This document shows positions 45,224-55,271 of a DNA stretch of 64,000 nucleotides, piece by piece. The stretch comes from an uncultured Gammaproteobacteria bacterium. Lineage in GTDB: Bacteria > Patescibacteriota > Patescibacteriia > UBA11705 > JABHMO01. The translations under genes and the position numbers were made by a program. The DNA lies in NCBI GenBank assembly GCA_964590105.1, contig CAZPYM010000001.1:1022-65021 (forward strand), in the 5' to 3' direction. Position 1 is the stretch's first letter; each line of letters opens with the position of its first letter. The notes below the pieces were generated by a model, which did not search any database, was not told the DNA's origin, and saw only the letters and a program-made list of their open reading frames with translations.

Positions 45224-48200
45224 TTAATGACACTTGCCGGTATGTATATCTGTGCTGCAAATGAGGCTTGTAATGATATCGTGCGGGGTGTATGGAGCGA
45301 GACAGCTTCCGCCCGATGACCAGCTACCAAATAAACTGTCGCAAGTTGGTTTGTTAACGCTTATACCGTTTTGGGCCGCACTGACATCATTTGTTTTATA
45401 TTTGGAATGAAGTATTAAATCAGATTTACAACAACCCAGGGTTGTATCTGCCGGATTAATAACTGGAAAGAAGATAGCATTGACTCCCTTGATTCTGTTG
45501 TTTTTGGTATATGCGATGCATTGATTTTTTTCACCTTGAAATCCACCGTCACCATCTGGGGTTTCTCCACAGTTAAAAACTGAACGATGAACATCGACGG
45601 CGTTCATGTTTGGAATATTCATTCCTCCTTGCAGGCAGGCGGTTTTCATTTGCGGCGTGGCATTTTTTGCGCAGGTTGTTTTTTGCGCTTGGCTACAGCC
45701 ACTTGATTGGCAAGCACTAAAGACAGTTGATGATTCTACATCACCGCCTTGGCCGGTTGAAATTGATACATGCTGGACTGCATTAAAACCTCCGCTATAC
45801 AAAAGACCAACCGGCATTTGAGAATAGTAGTTTTGTGCCGCCCCTCCTTTGCCGCCGACAATTAGTCCTTTCCAGCCAAGCGCTGTCAATTGATCTTTGG
45901 CGCTACCAATAGATCCGAACCCTGGAATTTTACACCCGGCGTTACGGATAATCCTGGAGGCGATAAGAGCGCAGGTATTTGGTGCAGTAACAATATGTGA
46001 ATTTCCCCAAAGCATAGCGGTGCTTTTAATTTGTTCCGGGGTACAAGAAAGTTTGGCATCATAGCAGCCATTAGTTGAATATGGTGAAAGATCAAGAGCA
46101 CCTGCATGACAGGCGCCCGCAGTAACGGTGGCTGGACCAGAGGGTGCGCCAGGATCAGAAGTTAGCAATTCAGGCACTTTTCCATAATTTCCTTTTTGAT
46201 ATATGTATACAATGTCATAAACGCCACAGGCATCCCATAAGTCCGTTTCAGTAGCTGTTTTGGCATCTCCGCCGCATTCATTTTTAGTTTTATGACTGGG
46301 ATCATGTATTTGGTAAGTTGTTCCGTCATAATTGGCAACTACAATATAATGTCCGCCAGCAGTGAAAGGGCAACAAGGCGCTTTATTACCAGCTTTATCT
46401 TTGGTTTTAACATGAAAAATTATTGGAATACCTTTGCTTAAGAGTTGTTTAATTTCAGCTTTGTTCGATTGGCTCATTTGTTTGGCGTCTAGTCCGTTGC
46501 CTTTGGTAAAAGCCTCTATGCCCTTGTTATCCACGCCGCAACAAGTAGGCGCAGAAGTCCCTGCTACACTACCGGCCGGAGACCGTATGCCATTCTCCTG
46601 AACCCATCTGGCGACATCAGGAGGAATGACGCTTAGGCCATTAAAAGTGGCGACCATGGCGGTTGATGTTAATCCACAGCCAGAAGCTTGGATATTGTTT
46701 ACATTACGATTGGTTGTGCCGGTTACATTTTTACAGTATGCCACAAAATTATTTTTACCGTATGGATTTTTTTCGCACCAGGCGGCATCTTTTAAGTTTG
46801 GGTTTTTGCACATCTCTGATACATGATAGGTTGCTTCAATCGCTTCACAATTACTTTTTTCTCTGCAAACGGTTATCCCTTTTTCTTGTCCCGCTGGCCA
46901 GGGTAAAGTACTTACTCCCGGAAAGGTGGGTTTATATCCTTTTGGAATTCCGCAAGATAATGTTTCTCCGTCAACTTTACTGTCTTGATAGCTACATTTA
47001 TTGCCGGTCAGAGGAAAACAGGCCCATTTGCTATCAAATTGATAGTAATAAGGTAAATTTCCCGGTGTAGACAAGGTTGGATTGACCGTTGCAATGGAGC
47101 CCCATTCGCCCTCAATAATATTACCAATTGGCTTGACGGTTTCTATTGTTGTCCCACTCAGCTTCACTAGATTTGGATTGATAATATTTAAAATAAGGTA
47201 CGCACTCAGGAGAACAACTATTCCGCTGACAGCGCCGAACATCATGGTCTTTCCCTTTTGAATAAATTCACTGCTCCCGCCTGATGTAATATAGATAATT
47301 CCGCCAAACATAAAAATTAAAACAGCCAGAATTGCGCCGAGAATGATTGCATAGCTGTACACTGCAACAATATATTGAGCAATCCATGGAATTGAAACTG
47401 TCTCTCCGGCAGTATATTCTTGAGTTTCAAAATCTGCCAGTCCGGGGATAGGTATGTTGATTTTTGGTTTGACCATTTGCAGCTTCGCAGCAGCGGCGGG
47501 TGTTGACGTTCCTGATGTCGGAGCAGTAGGAGCAACTGGCGCAGCCGCTGGCTCAGTGCATTTGCCGGCTGTTGACGGCGGAGTAACTTCGCATTTTCCA
47601 GACTGGCAAGCGGCTTCATTGTTTATATTGCAGTCTGCATCTTTGCCAAGTTTGTCAACACAAAGTCCGGAATCCAAGCCTGTTCCGTCTGCGCAGTATT
47701 TTCCGTCCGGACATTGATCGTTTTTTTTGCAAATACAAATATCCTGTGGCGCGTTTGGTGGAATAATTTTATTTTCACAAATGCCGGAAATACAATGAGT
47801 TATATCGGTAGGGCATTGCTGGCCAATAGCGATTTTATCAACGCATGATTTGTCTGCATTGTTGCAATATTGATTGCCGGGACAATTGGCATCTGAAGTA
47901 CAGCCGCCGGCGCCGGCTGCTTCCAGCTTTGCCGCTTCTTCTGCCGTGAGTGGCAGGAGTATTGCTCCTTTGGAACTTTCGCAATAATGAAGGTCAAAAG
48001 ATTCGGGTGCTCCATCCTTGCATTCCCATATTTCGTTTGGATCGGAAATCCCGCCATTTAGCAGTGAAGCCTCAAGTTCGCAGTCATTTTGTGTTTTGCA
48101 AACGCAGAAATTGTCTCCCGCAACTGTCAGCGAGCTGTCTTCACAATCTCCTGAGGCGCATTCGGAGGTAGGAAGATCTAAATTGTTTGTGCATTTTTCG

Positions 48201-48310
48201 CCTATATTCAGTTTTGGATCTTCGGCCAGAGTTATAGTCGGAAATAAAAAAACAATCGCGCAAAATAATATCAGGGAGTATTTTATGTTTGTTTTTAGAG
48301 AAGAACTCAT
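45224..48310 (-). CDS. large secreted Cys-rich protein with the same hydrophobic module and two CHAP/C39-like domains
   Basis: 1028 aa. Signal peptide. About 250 aa of Cys-rich repeats. The module 'KPKINIPIPGLADFETQEYTAGETVSIPWIAQYIVAVYSYAIILGAILAVLIFMFGGIIYITSGG...NPNLVKLSG' is about 60% identical to that of the neighbouring 534-aa protein. Papain-like Cys/His pairs ('ASGCGLTSTAMV'...'GGHYIVVANYDG'; 'CALIASRIIRNAG'...'VQHVSIST'). Confidence 0.6.
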   Translation of the reverse strand: MSSSLKTNIKYSLILFCAIVFLFPTITLAEDPKLNIGEKCTNNLDLPTSECASGDCEDSSLTVAGDNFCVCKTQNDCELEASLLNGGISDPNEIWECKDGAPESFDLHYCESSKGAILLPLTAEEAAKLEAAGAGGCTSDANCPGNQYCNNADKSCVDKIAIGQQCPTDITHCISGICENKIIPPNAPQDICICKKNDQCPDGKYCADGTGLDSGLCVDKLGKDADCNINNEAACQSGKCEVTPPSTAGKCTEPAAAPVAPTAPTSGTSTPAAAAKLQMVKPKINIPIPGLADFETQEYTAGETVSIPWIAQYIVAVYSYAIILGAILAVLIFMFGGIIYITSGGSSEFIQKGKTMMFGAVSGIVVLLSAYLILNIINPNLVKLSGTTIETVKPIGNIIEGEWGSIATVNPTLSTPGNLPYYYQFDSKWACFPLTGNKCSYQDSKVDGETLSCGIPKGYKPTFPGVSTLPWPAGQEKGITVCREKSNCEAIEATYHVSEMCKNPNLKDAAWCEKNPYGKNNFVAYCKNVTGTTNRNVNNIQASGCGLTSTAMVATFNGLSVIPPDVARWVQENGIRSPAGSVAGTSAPTCCGVDNKGIEAFTKGNGLDAKQMSQSNKAEIKQLLSKGIPIIFHVKTKDKAGNKAPCCPFTAGGHYIVVANYDGTTYQIHDPSHKTKNECGGDAKTATETDLWDACGVYDIVYIYQKGNYGKVPELLTSDPGAPSGPATVTAGACHAGALDLSPYSTNGCYDAKLSCTPEQIKSTAMLWGNSHIVTAPNTCALIASRIIRNAGCKIPGFGSIGSAKDQLTALGWKGLIVGGKGGAAQNYYSQMPVGLLYSGGFNAVQHVSISTGQGGDVESSTVFSACQSSGCSQAQKTTCAKNATPQMKTACLQGGMNIPNMNAVDVHRSVFNCGETPDGDGGFQGEKNQCIAYTKNNRIKGVNAIFFPVINPADTTLGCCKSDLILHSKYKTNDVSAAQNGISVNKPTCDSLFGSWSSGGSCLAPYTPHDIITSLICSTDIHTGKCH

Positions 48311-48362
48311 ATTTGTTTTGCGGGATTAAGATTTATTTTAGTTTAGTTTTACATTTTGTGAA

Positions 48363-49640
48363 TTATTTTAACTTCATCAAATGCACTTCATGCGTTTCTT
48401 TGTCGGTAAAGTATAGGTTTGAGCCGTCTTCGGAAACCTGCATTTGTTCGATTGTAAAGCCGTATTGCGGCTCGGCGATGAAGCTTTTGACTCCGGTTTG
48501 CAGATTGACTTTGTAAATATAATCCGGAATATCATCCGCCAGGCGGGGAACTAAACCGGCGCCGTAAGGCATTTCTTTTGGCACGGCGCAATACATAATA
48601 TCGGCTGACTCAAAGGTGCATTTGCTGGCCCAGGTATTGAGCTTCAGGCTGTTGTGATTGTAGCCGACACTGTCGCCGACCGCATCAACAACATGGAGCA
48701 GAGGTTTATGGTCACTGAAAGCGTTTTGTGCGCTGTAAACAAGCTTTGAACCATCGGGCGTCCAGGCGGTTTCCAGCGCGTAGCCATTGACAGTAATCGC
48801 TTTGAATTTTTCATCGTATTGTCCGACGAAATATAGCTTGGCCGTGGAGCCTGTCTCGCCGGTTTTGTACTGAGCGATCATTTTGTTATTTGGTGACCAG
48901 TCAATTTTAAAATCTTTGTAATCATCGCCCATGTATTCAAGATAATTTTGTCCGGATCCGTCGGCATTGGCAATGCCCATGAAACGATATTCTTTGTTTT
49001 GATTTAAATCTTTGAAAGCGATTTTACTGCCGGTCGGGCTGAAACTGAAATCACTCCAGTCTTTTGGCAAGGATATTTGTTTTTCAGTTTTGAAGTTAAA
49101 TAAGATATTACTGCTATCCGGAAATTCCAAAATTGCTTGATCTTTTGTCGGGCTCCAGGCAATATTCTGGACATCTTTGTAGGTTTTGTCAGACAAAGAT
49201 ACTTTATTGCCGCGGTCGTCAACTGTATAGAATTTTCCAGAATCAGCATTGTAAATCATGGCGTTGTCACCGGTAGAATCAAGAGTAATCTTTGCGGCCG
49301 GCTCATAATCAAGCGTTATCACTTTTGTCAGGCCGCCCTTGGCAATTTGATCCACTTGCACGCCTAATGGTTCAGCCGGAATTTTAGTAACTGCCTTGGG
49401 CGTGACTTTTTCAACGCCGATTTTTTCTTCGCCGACCTCTTCGCCGACTAAACCAGGTTGAAGACCTTCATCTGCTCCGGGTAGCTGGCCGATCACGCCT
49501 TCTTCTGGCGCAGGCAGGGCCGGGGGCAGGGCTGGTTTGAAGAACAAAGAATAGATAAAATAAGCAATGACAAGACAAATTACAATAAAACCGGCAATAA
49601 TCGCGATTTTTTTCCAATCAACATTCTGAAGATTAAACAT
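48363..49640 (-). CDS. membrane-anchored PD40/TolB-like beta-propeller repeat protein
   Basis: N-terminal TM, then a Pro/Gly/Glu linker. Repeated 'WSPTKDQAILEF', 'FSPTGSKIAFK', 'WSPNNKMIAQYK', 'WTPDGSKLVYSA' PD40-type blades. Confidence 0.6.
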   Translation of the reverse strand: MFNLQNVDWKKIAIIAGFIVICLVIAYFIYSLFFKPALPPALPAPEEGVIGQLPGADEGLQPGLVGEEVGEEKIGVEKVTPKAVTKIPAEPLGVQVDQIAKGGLTKVITLDYEPAAKITLDSTGDNAMIYNADSGKFYTVDDRGNKVSLSDKTYKDVQNIAWSPTKDQAILEFPDSSNILFNFKTEKQISLPKDWSDFSFSPTGSKIAFKDLNQNKEYRFMGIANADGSGQNYLEYMGDDYKDFKIDWSPNNKMIAQYKTGETGSTAKLYFVGQYDEKFKAITVNGYALETAWTPDGSKLVYSAQNAFSDHKPLLHVVDAVGDSVGYNHNSLKLNTWASKCTFESADIMYCAVPKEMPYGAGLVPRLADDIPDYIYKVNLQTGVKSFIAEPQYGFTIEQMQVSEDGSNLYFTDKETHEVHLMKLK

Positions 49641-49670
49641 AAGTTTATTTTTATTATTATTTGATTGTTG

Positions 49671-51395
49671 TTAGAAAAGTTGCGTGATAAAGTCAAAAAG
49701 AGTATCAAGGTCAATTATTTCCCCGAGAAGCTTGGCCGTAAAAAACAGAACGATTAAGACCATGATAAAAGGCAAAAGCATTTGAATTATGGTTAGGATA
49801 CAACTGCATCCCAGGCAACAGCAAAATATCCGGTCGGTTGTTTTTCCTTTATCTTTGAAAAATTCATCGAGAAAATCAGGGATCATGAACATGCCCTTTA
49901 GATTTAGGATTATTCTAATCAACGTTCCCACTGCCGGAGCAACCGGAATGCAACATTTGCCCTTGAGCATTCGTCCGAGAGTTTTTTGTAAGCCCTTGGC
50001 TTTTGATCCTTGCGAAGCGCTTGCGGCGGCCTCGGCGGCTCGCGCTTTTAGTCCTTTTCCTTTTTCTTGTTGCGACCTGGCTTCCTGCTGGTTGCGTTGT
50101 AATTCTCTTTTCTTGGCGTCTTGTTCTTGTGGTGAAACAGTGTCTAGCTTTTGAGCGGGACCTTTTCCTTTCGGTTGAACGAGTGAAGGCGCTCCGGGCG
50201 GTGTTTTACTGCCTGCGTCTTCACCGATTTTTGACGTTGCTCGACCGCCCATTGTTTTCTCCCATTTTTTGTTCATCGCTGCTTCTTTTCTTGCTCCAGC
50301 TTGATTCATTTTAGTCATGGAACCTGGAACTGATTTTCCGCCGGGTTTTGTTAATTGCTCCATTTCTTTTTTTCGCTGTTCGTCAATTGGTTTTTGGCGG
50401 TCAATTCTTGACTTAGCGGCTTTTTCAAAATTAATGTCGCCGGTGGCTTTGCCACCTAATGGTTCTGCAAATCTTGGCTTCGCGCCGTTTTGAGCTTTTG
50501 TTTCTGGCTTTTGGTTTTGTTGGCGCTTGAGTTCACGTTTTATGCCCTGTTGATATTGAGCAAGTGGCGTTGCTTTGATTTTAGGGTTTTCTTCTTGATT
50601 TTTCTGTTGCGCTTGCGCGTCAGCCTGCTTTTTCTGTGCTTTGCCCTTTTCTTTCACTTTATCGCCGGCTTTTTCAATTTTTTTACCAGCCTTTTCAACT
50701 CCCTTGCCGGCTTTATCTACACCTTTACCAGTTGCTTTAGCTCCCTTCCCACCCAAACCCGCAAGTTTGCCGACTGCTGATAACGGAACACCAACGATAG
50801 CCCCTAATTTAGTTGCACTTAAGGCTTTGCCAGCTGCATCAAGTCCTTTACCTGCTACTTCTAATCCTTTACCTGCTACTTCTACGCCTTTGCCCGCTAC
50901 TTGTACGCCTTTGCCCGCTACTTTCATTCCTGTGCCCGCTGCTTTTGCTCCTTGCCCCGAGGCTTTCTTTACTTGACCGGATTTTGATTTAGGGCTTTCT
51001 GGTTGTGTGTTTTGATTAGACAAATGTTCATTTGCCGCGCTGGCATTTTCAGGTGTTATCCCTTCCTTATTTATTTTGTTTTCTGGGTCTTGTGAATCCT
51101 GTTGTTGTTCTAGTCCTTGTGCGGATTCATCTCTAGCACGTTGCTTGTATTGTTCCATTGTGTCGCCGGTTCTTTCCATTTCTGATTTAGTTCTGTTAAC
51201 GGCCTCCTCTCTTTGTGGTGCTAATGGCTTGTAACCCTCAACAGTGTCTTTAAATTCAGCATCCTGTTTTTTTAGTGCCTCTGGGTCTCTTTGCATCAAA
51301 CTAAGATCACGTTGACGTGAAAACTTTTGTTTAGTTTCTTCTCTTGATTTTTGTAGAGACGCAAGAGTTTTATTTTTATCTGATTGATTTGTCAT
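49671..51395 (-). CDS. Lys/Gly/Ala-rich protein with C-terminal multi-TM/Cys-rich membrane anchor
   Basis: 574 aa. A hydrophilic N-terminus with (V/L)AGKG(V/L)(E/Q/D) heptad-like repeats. The C-terminal 'CCIPVAP...FCCCLGCSCILTIIQMLLPFIMVLIVLFF' is hydrophobic. Composition resembles the tail of the 18365 protein. Confidence 0.5.
   Translation of the reverse strand: MTNQSDKNKTLASLQKSREETKQKFSRQRDLSLMQRDPEALKKQDAEFKDTVEGYKPLAPQREEAVNRTKSEMERTGDTMEQYKQRARDESAQGLEQQQDSQDPENKINKEGITPENASAANEHLSNQNTQPESPKSKSGQVKKASGQGAKAAGTGMKVAGKGVQVAGKGVEVAGKGLEVAGKGLDAAGKALSATKLGAIVGVPLSAVGKLAGLGGKGAKATGKGVDKAGKGVEKAGKKIEKAGDKVKEKGKAQKKQADAQAQQKNQEENPKIKATPLAQYQQGIKRELKRQQNQKPETKAQNGAKPRFAEPLGGKATGDINFEKAAKSRIDRQKPIDEQRKKEMEQLTKPGGKSVPGSMTKMNQAGARKEAAMNKKWEKTMGGRATSKIGEDAGSKTPPGAPSLVQPKGKGPAQKLDTVSPQEQDAKKRELQRNQQEARSQQEKGKGLKARAAEAAASASQGSKAKGLQKTLGRMLKGKCCIPVAPAVGTLIRIILNLKGMFMIPDFLDEFFKDKGKTTDRIFCCCLGCSCILTIIQMLLPFIMVLIVLFFTAKLLGEIIDLDTLFDFITQLF
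50848..50975 (-). repeat. in-frame 21-bp coding tandem repeats (~6 units, encode VAGKG(L/V)E)
   Basis: cctttRccYgctacttStaNN units read on the plus strand, inside gene 49671-51395. Confidence 0.75.
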
Positions 51396-51418
51396 CTGAA
51401 GTTACTTTTTGAGCCAAT

Positions 51419-53839
51419 TTATTTAACTATAATTTTGTTTTGATGTTTACTTAAGTTTAGAGTTTTCTTTTTTTGTGTCATCAGTGTTTCCATTAGATTA
51501 TTTTCAATCTGCTGTTTGATAATATTTTGCACGGCTCTTGCCCCGCTGTTCTCGGCGGCCGCCTGTTTTGCCAGGAAGGCGACAATGGGCGAAGAAAATT
51601 TTAGAGCAACATTTTTTTTCTGAAGTTTTTTAAGAAGAATATTTAATTCTTTTCTGGTTATTGCTTCCAGGTCTTTGGCGGTGAGAGAATTAAAAATAAT
51701 TATGTTATTGATCCTGTTGATAAGTTCAGGTTTGAATTGTTTTTTTAGTTCAGGTAAATGCGCGGAAAGTTTATTGGTATTTTCTTCCGATGAATTGAAT
51801 CCCAGAGTGCCGGCAGACAGTTTATCAGCCAAAATATTTGAGGTCATGAAGATGATGGCGTTTTTGAAATTTATTTTTTTGCCGGCGCTGTCAGTCAGGT
51901 GGCCGTGCTCAAGTATTTGCAATAATAAATCCAGCACGTCAGGATGAGCTTTTTCGATCTCATCCAGGAGCAGGATGCAGTGCGGATTTTTTCTAACTAA
52001 ATCAGTAAACTTATTTGCTTCGCGATAGCCGACATAGCCGGCCGGCGCGCCAATCAGTTTGCTGGATTGAAATTTTTCATTGAATTCCGACATGTCCAGT
52101 TGGATGAATGCTTCGCTGTCTTTGAACATCAGTGCGGCTAATTCCCTGACCAGCGAGGTTTTTCCGCTACCGCTCGGGCCAAGCAGGAGAAAGCTGGCCA
52201 ATGGCCGATTTTCGTCAGCCAGTCCCAATTTGGCATGTGAAATCGTTTTGATGACTTGTTGAATTTGTTCATCTTGGCCGATAATAATTTTTTTCAATTG
52301 ATTGCTGATTTTTCCGAGCCGCCGGTATTCATCCTCTGTTAATTCGGCAATCGGGATTTTTGTTTTTTGTGAAACCATGTTCAGAATGTCTATTTTGGTA
52401 ACTTTTGAATGGTTTGCCTTGTGGATAAGTTTTTCGCTCAGTTTTTTTAATTCAGCCGCTAGGCCTTGTTCAGTTTGCTTGATTTTAATGGCTTGATTAA
52501 AATTTTCCGACAAAACAGCTTGTTCTTTTTCAACGCGAGCTTTTTCCAGCTGATCTTCGAGTAGCAATCGGCGGCGGAATAATTTGTCGCGTGACTGATA
52601 TTTGATTTTTACTTTGGCTGCGGCTTCGTCGATTAGATCAATGGCTTTGTCGGGAAATAATTTATCCTGAATGTAGCGCTGGCTAAGGGTTACCGCCGCT
52701 TCGAGAGCGTCATCGGTAAATTCAACTTGGTGAAAATTTTGATAGTTTTGTTTTACTCCGCGCAGGATTTCCAGCGTTTGTTCCGGCGTTGGCTCAGACA
52801 AATATATTGGCTGGAAGCGTCGGTCCAGCGCCGGGTCGGTTTCAATATGCTTTTTGTATTCATTCATGGTGGTGGCGCCGATACAGCGCAGGCGGCCGCG
52901 CGACAGCATTGGTTTCAGCAGATTGGCCGCATCCATCGTGCCTTGGGCAGAACCTGCGCCCATGATATTGTGAAGCTCGTCGATGAAAAGGATAATATTG
53001 GGATTTGATTCAACTTCGTCCATAATCATTTTGAGCCGATTTTCAAATTCTCCGCGATACATAGTGCCGGCAACAATAAGGCCGAGATCAAGGTTTAAGA
53101 TTTTTTTATTTAATAATATTGAAGGCGCGCTTTTTTCCATTATTTTTCTCGCCAATCCTTCAACTATCGCTGTTTTGCCGACTCCGGCGTCGCCAAGGAG
53201 CACAGGATTGTTTTTGTCTTTACGACAAAGAATCTGAATTAGGCGTTGTATTTCTTCTTCTCTGCCGATCACCGGATTGAGATCTTTTTGATTTTGCTCG
53301 TTGGTCAGATCGGTTGTAAAACAATCAAGCGCGGTTGGAGCTTGATTATTAGCTTGAGGGATATTTATATTTTGGGGATTTAATTTAAAAATTTTAGAAA
53401 AATTGGGAATATGGGAACTGCTTTTAAAAACCGTAACTAAATGTTTTTTAATTTTTTCTTTTTGCCAGTTGGCAGGTACTATTTTGTCAACCGGTAATTC
53501 AAGAAGCGCAGACAAAAGGTGCTCTGTGCCAATGTAATGATGTTTGTGTTGATAAGCAATATTTGCCGCGCGTTGAAAAGATTGTTTGGTTTCATTGCTC
53601 ATGGCTGGTATAAAATTTGAATCAGTTTTTAGAACAGATGATTTTTCTTGTTTGGCAATTGGTTTTAATTGGGCTAAGATATCAAAAGCTAAACAACCTT
53701 TGGTTTTTTCGAGCGCGCTAAGTAAATGTTTTGGATAGAGCTCAGCCGCGCCCGCCAGCTGGCATATTTGAACAGCCCGGCGAATGGTCTCAATAAGTTT
53801 TTCAGAAAAGGCGAGCATATGGCAAGTATAATTCGACAA
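51419..53839 (-). CDS. ATP-dependent Clp protease ATP-binding subunit (ClpC-like class I AAA+)
   Basis: 806 aa. Clp-N domain, two AAA+ modules (Walker A 'LLGDAGVGKTAI' and 'LLLGPSGSGKTSL'). No long ClpB-type M-domain. Confidence 0.85.
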   Translation of the reverse strand: MSNYTCHMLAFSEKLIETIRRAVQICQLAGAAELYPKHLLSALEKTKGCLAFDILAQLKPIAKQEKSSVLKTDSNFIPAMSNETKQSFQRAANIAYQHKHHYIGTEHLLSALLELPVDKIVPANWQKEKIKKHLVTVFKSSSHIPNFSKIFKLNPQNINIPQANNQAPTALDCFTTDLTNEQNQKDLNPVIGREEEIQRLIQILCRKDKNNPVLLGDAGVGKTAIVEGLARKIMEKSAPSILLNKKILNLDLGLIVAGTMYRGEFENRLKMIMDEVESNPNIILFIDELHNIMGAGSAQGTMDAANLLKPMLSRGRLRCIGATTMNEYKKHIETDPALDRRFQPIYLSEPTPEQTLEILRGVKQNYQNFHQVEFTDDALEAAVTLSQRYIQDKLFPDKAIDLIDEAAAKVKIKYQSRDKLFRRRLLLEDQLEKARVEKEQAVLSENFNQAIKIKQTEQGLAAELKKLSEKLIHKANHSKVTKIDILNMVSQKTKIPIAELTEDEYRRLGKISNQLKKIIIGQDEQIQQVIKTISHAKLGLADENRPLASFLLLGPSGSGKTSLVRELAALMFKDSEAFIQLDMSEFNEKFQSSKLIGAPAGYVGYREANKFTDLVRKNPHCILLLDEIEKAHPDVLDLLLQILEHGHLTDSAGKKINFKNAIIFMTSNILADKLSAGTLGFNSSEENTNKLSAHLPELKKQFKPELINRINNIIIFNSLTAKDLEAITRKELNILLKKLQKKNVALKFSSPIVAFLAKQAAAENSGARAVQNIIKQQIENNLMETLMTQKKKTLNLSKHQNKIIVK

Positions 53840-54001
53840 GCTGGATTATTGTTATATTAATATCAAAATATCATTAGAACAACGAAACTGTTTTAATGCG
53901 CAGCTGTTTATATTTTTCTGCTAATATTGTATAATTAACAATGTTAAAAGTCAAAGAAAAAAGTTGATAAATAATCTAATAACTAAGGTTTTAAAAAAAA
54001 C

Positions 54002-55126
54002 ATGAAAAACAAGTATCTGGTAGGCGTTTTTTTGCTTTTAATTCTCTTTGTTCCATTGGCGGCGGGAGCTGTCGGATCCATGGATGAGAATATTTTTATT
54101 ACTAGGGAGCAAATCATTGATTACAATTATTGGCGGCTGGCTGGTACCCTCGATATTTCCGGAACAATGAAAAAAGATGTGGTGGCTCTGGCCGAGTCAG
54201 TAGTGATAGACGGCGTTATTGAGGGCGATCTGATCGGCGCGGCCAATACTTTGATAATTAATGGAGAAGTGAAAGGCAATGTGCGTTTCGTAGCCGAGAG
54301 TATCAAAATAAACGGTATAGTGGGCAAGAATTTGCTAACTGCAAGTTCATATTTGGAAGTGAATAAACCTGTCGGTTGGGGCATTACTGCTGCGGCTAAT
54401 GATTTTATTTTGAATTCCGAACAGCCGGCTGATGTGAATTTTTACGGACAGAATGCGCAGATCAAGAATAATATTGGCGGTAATTTATTTTTAAATACCG
54501 GCGAAAACGGCCAGGTGGCTTTTTCCGACGACATTCAGGTCGGTGGAGACTTTGAATACTCGCCAACCAAACAGTCGATGGAAAATTTTGACAAGGTGTT
54601 GGTCGCCGGCCAGTCAAAACAATTGGAAAGTAATAGGGGACAGGGATTACTTGGCGCGGAGTGGAATTATATTTATCTGTACAGTCGTTTGATTTATTTC
54701 TTCGGTTTGTTGCTGATTGGCTATATTTGTTTGAGCTTTTTACCGCGTCTAACCGGCGCCTTGGCTGAGATTGTTTCGGCCAAGCCGTTAATTTGCTTTA
54801 ACAGGGGATTCTGGTGGTTGATTTTAACTCCCCTTGCCTGTTTAGTCGCCGCCCTCACAATTATTGGTCTGCCTTTGTCTATGATTGTCGCCGGTTTATA
54901 TGTAATCGCATTTTATATTTCAAAAGTATTTGCCGGGCTGGCGATTGGTTTGTATTTATTCAAAAAACAAGAGCAAGGCAAAAATAAATTCTGGCCCATG
55001 TTCCTGGGTTTATTTATCGTTGTTGTTCTGATTTCCTTACCTTTTGTGGGCTTTTTGTTCAGCTTAATTGTCGGGACTATGGGAATGGGCGCGGTTTATT
55101 TATTAATTAGAAAACCAGTAAAGTAA
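54002..55126 (+). CDS. membrane protein with bactofilin-like (polymer-forming) beta-helical repeats
   Basis: Signal/TM. Repeated 'V.IDG.IEGDLIGAANTLIINGEVKGNVRFVAESIKINGIVGKNL' left-handed beta-helix-like units. Four C-terminal TM helices. Confidence 0.5.
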   Translation: MKNKYLVGVFLLLILFVPLAAGAVGSMDENIFITREQIIDYNYWRLAGTLDISGTMKKDVVALAESVVIDGVIEGDLIGAANTLIINGEVKGNVRFVAESIKINGIVGKNLLTASSYLEVNKPVGWGITAAANDFILNSEQPADVNFYGQNAQIKNNIGGNLFLNTGENGQVAFSDDIQVGGDFEYSPTKQSMENFDKVLVAGQSKQLESNRGQGLLGAEWNYIYLYSRLIYFFGLLLIGYICLSFLPRLTGALAEIVSAKPLICFNRGFWWLILTPLACLVAALTIIGLPLSMIVAGLYVIAFYISKVFAGLAIGLYLFKKQEQGKNKFWPMFLGLFIVVVLISLPFVGFLFSLIVGTMGMGAVYLLIRKPVK

Positions 55127-55271
55127 TGAAATTAATTAAGTTAATTAATTTAATCAGGTTAACTAAGTTAATTAACTAATTAACAAATCTCCGCCAAAGG
55201 CGGCGTCACCTATGGCGCAAACGAATTAACCAATACCTGTCCGTCCTTGGCGGAAATAAAACAATAAAATT

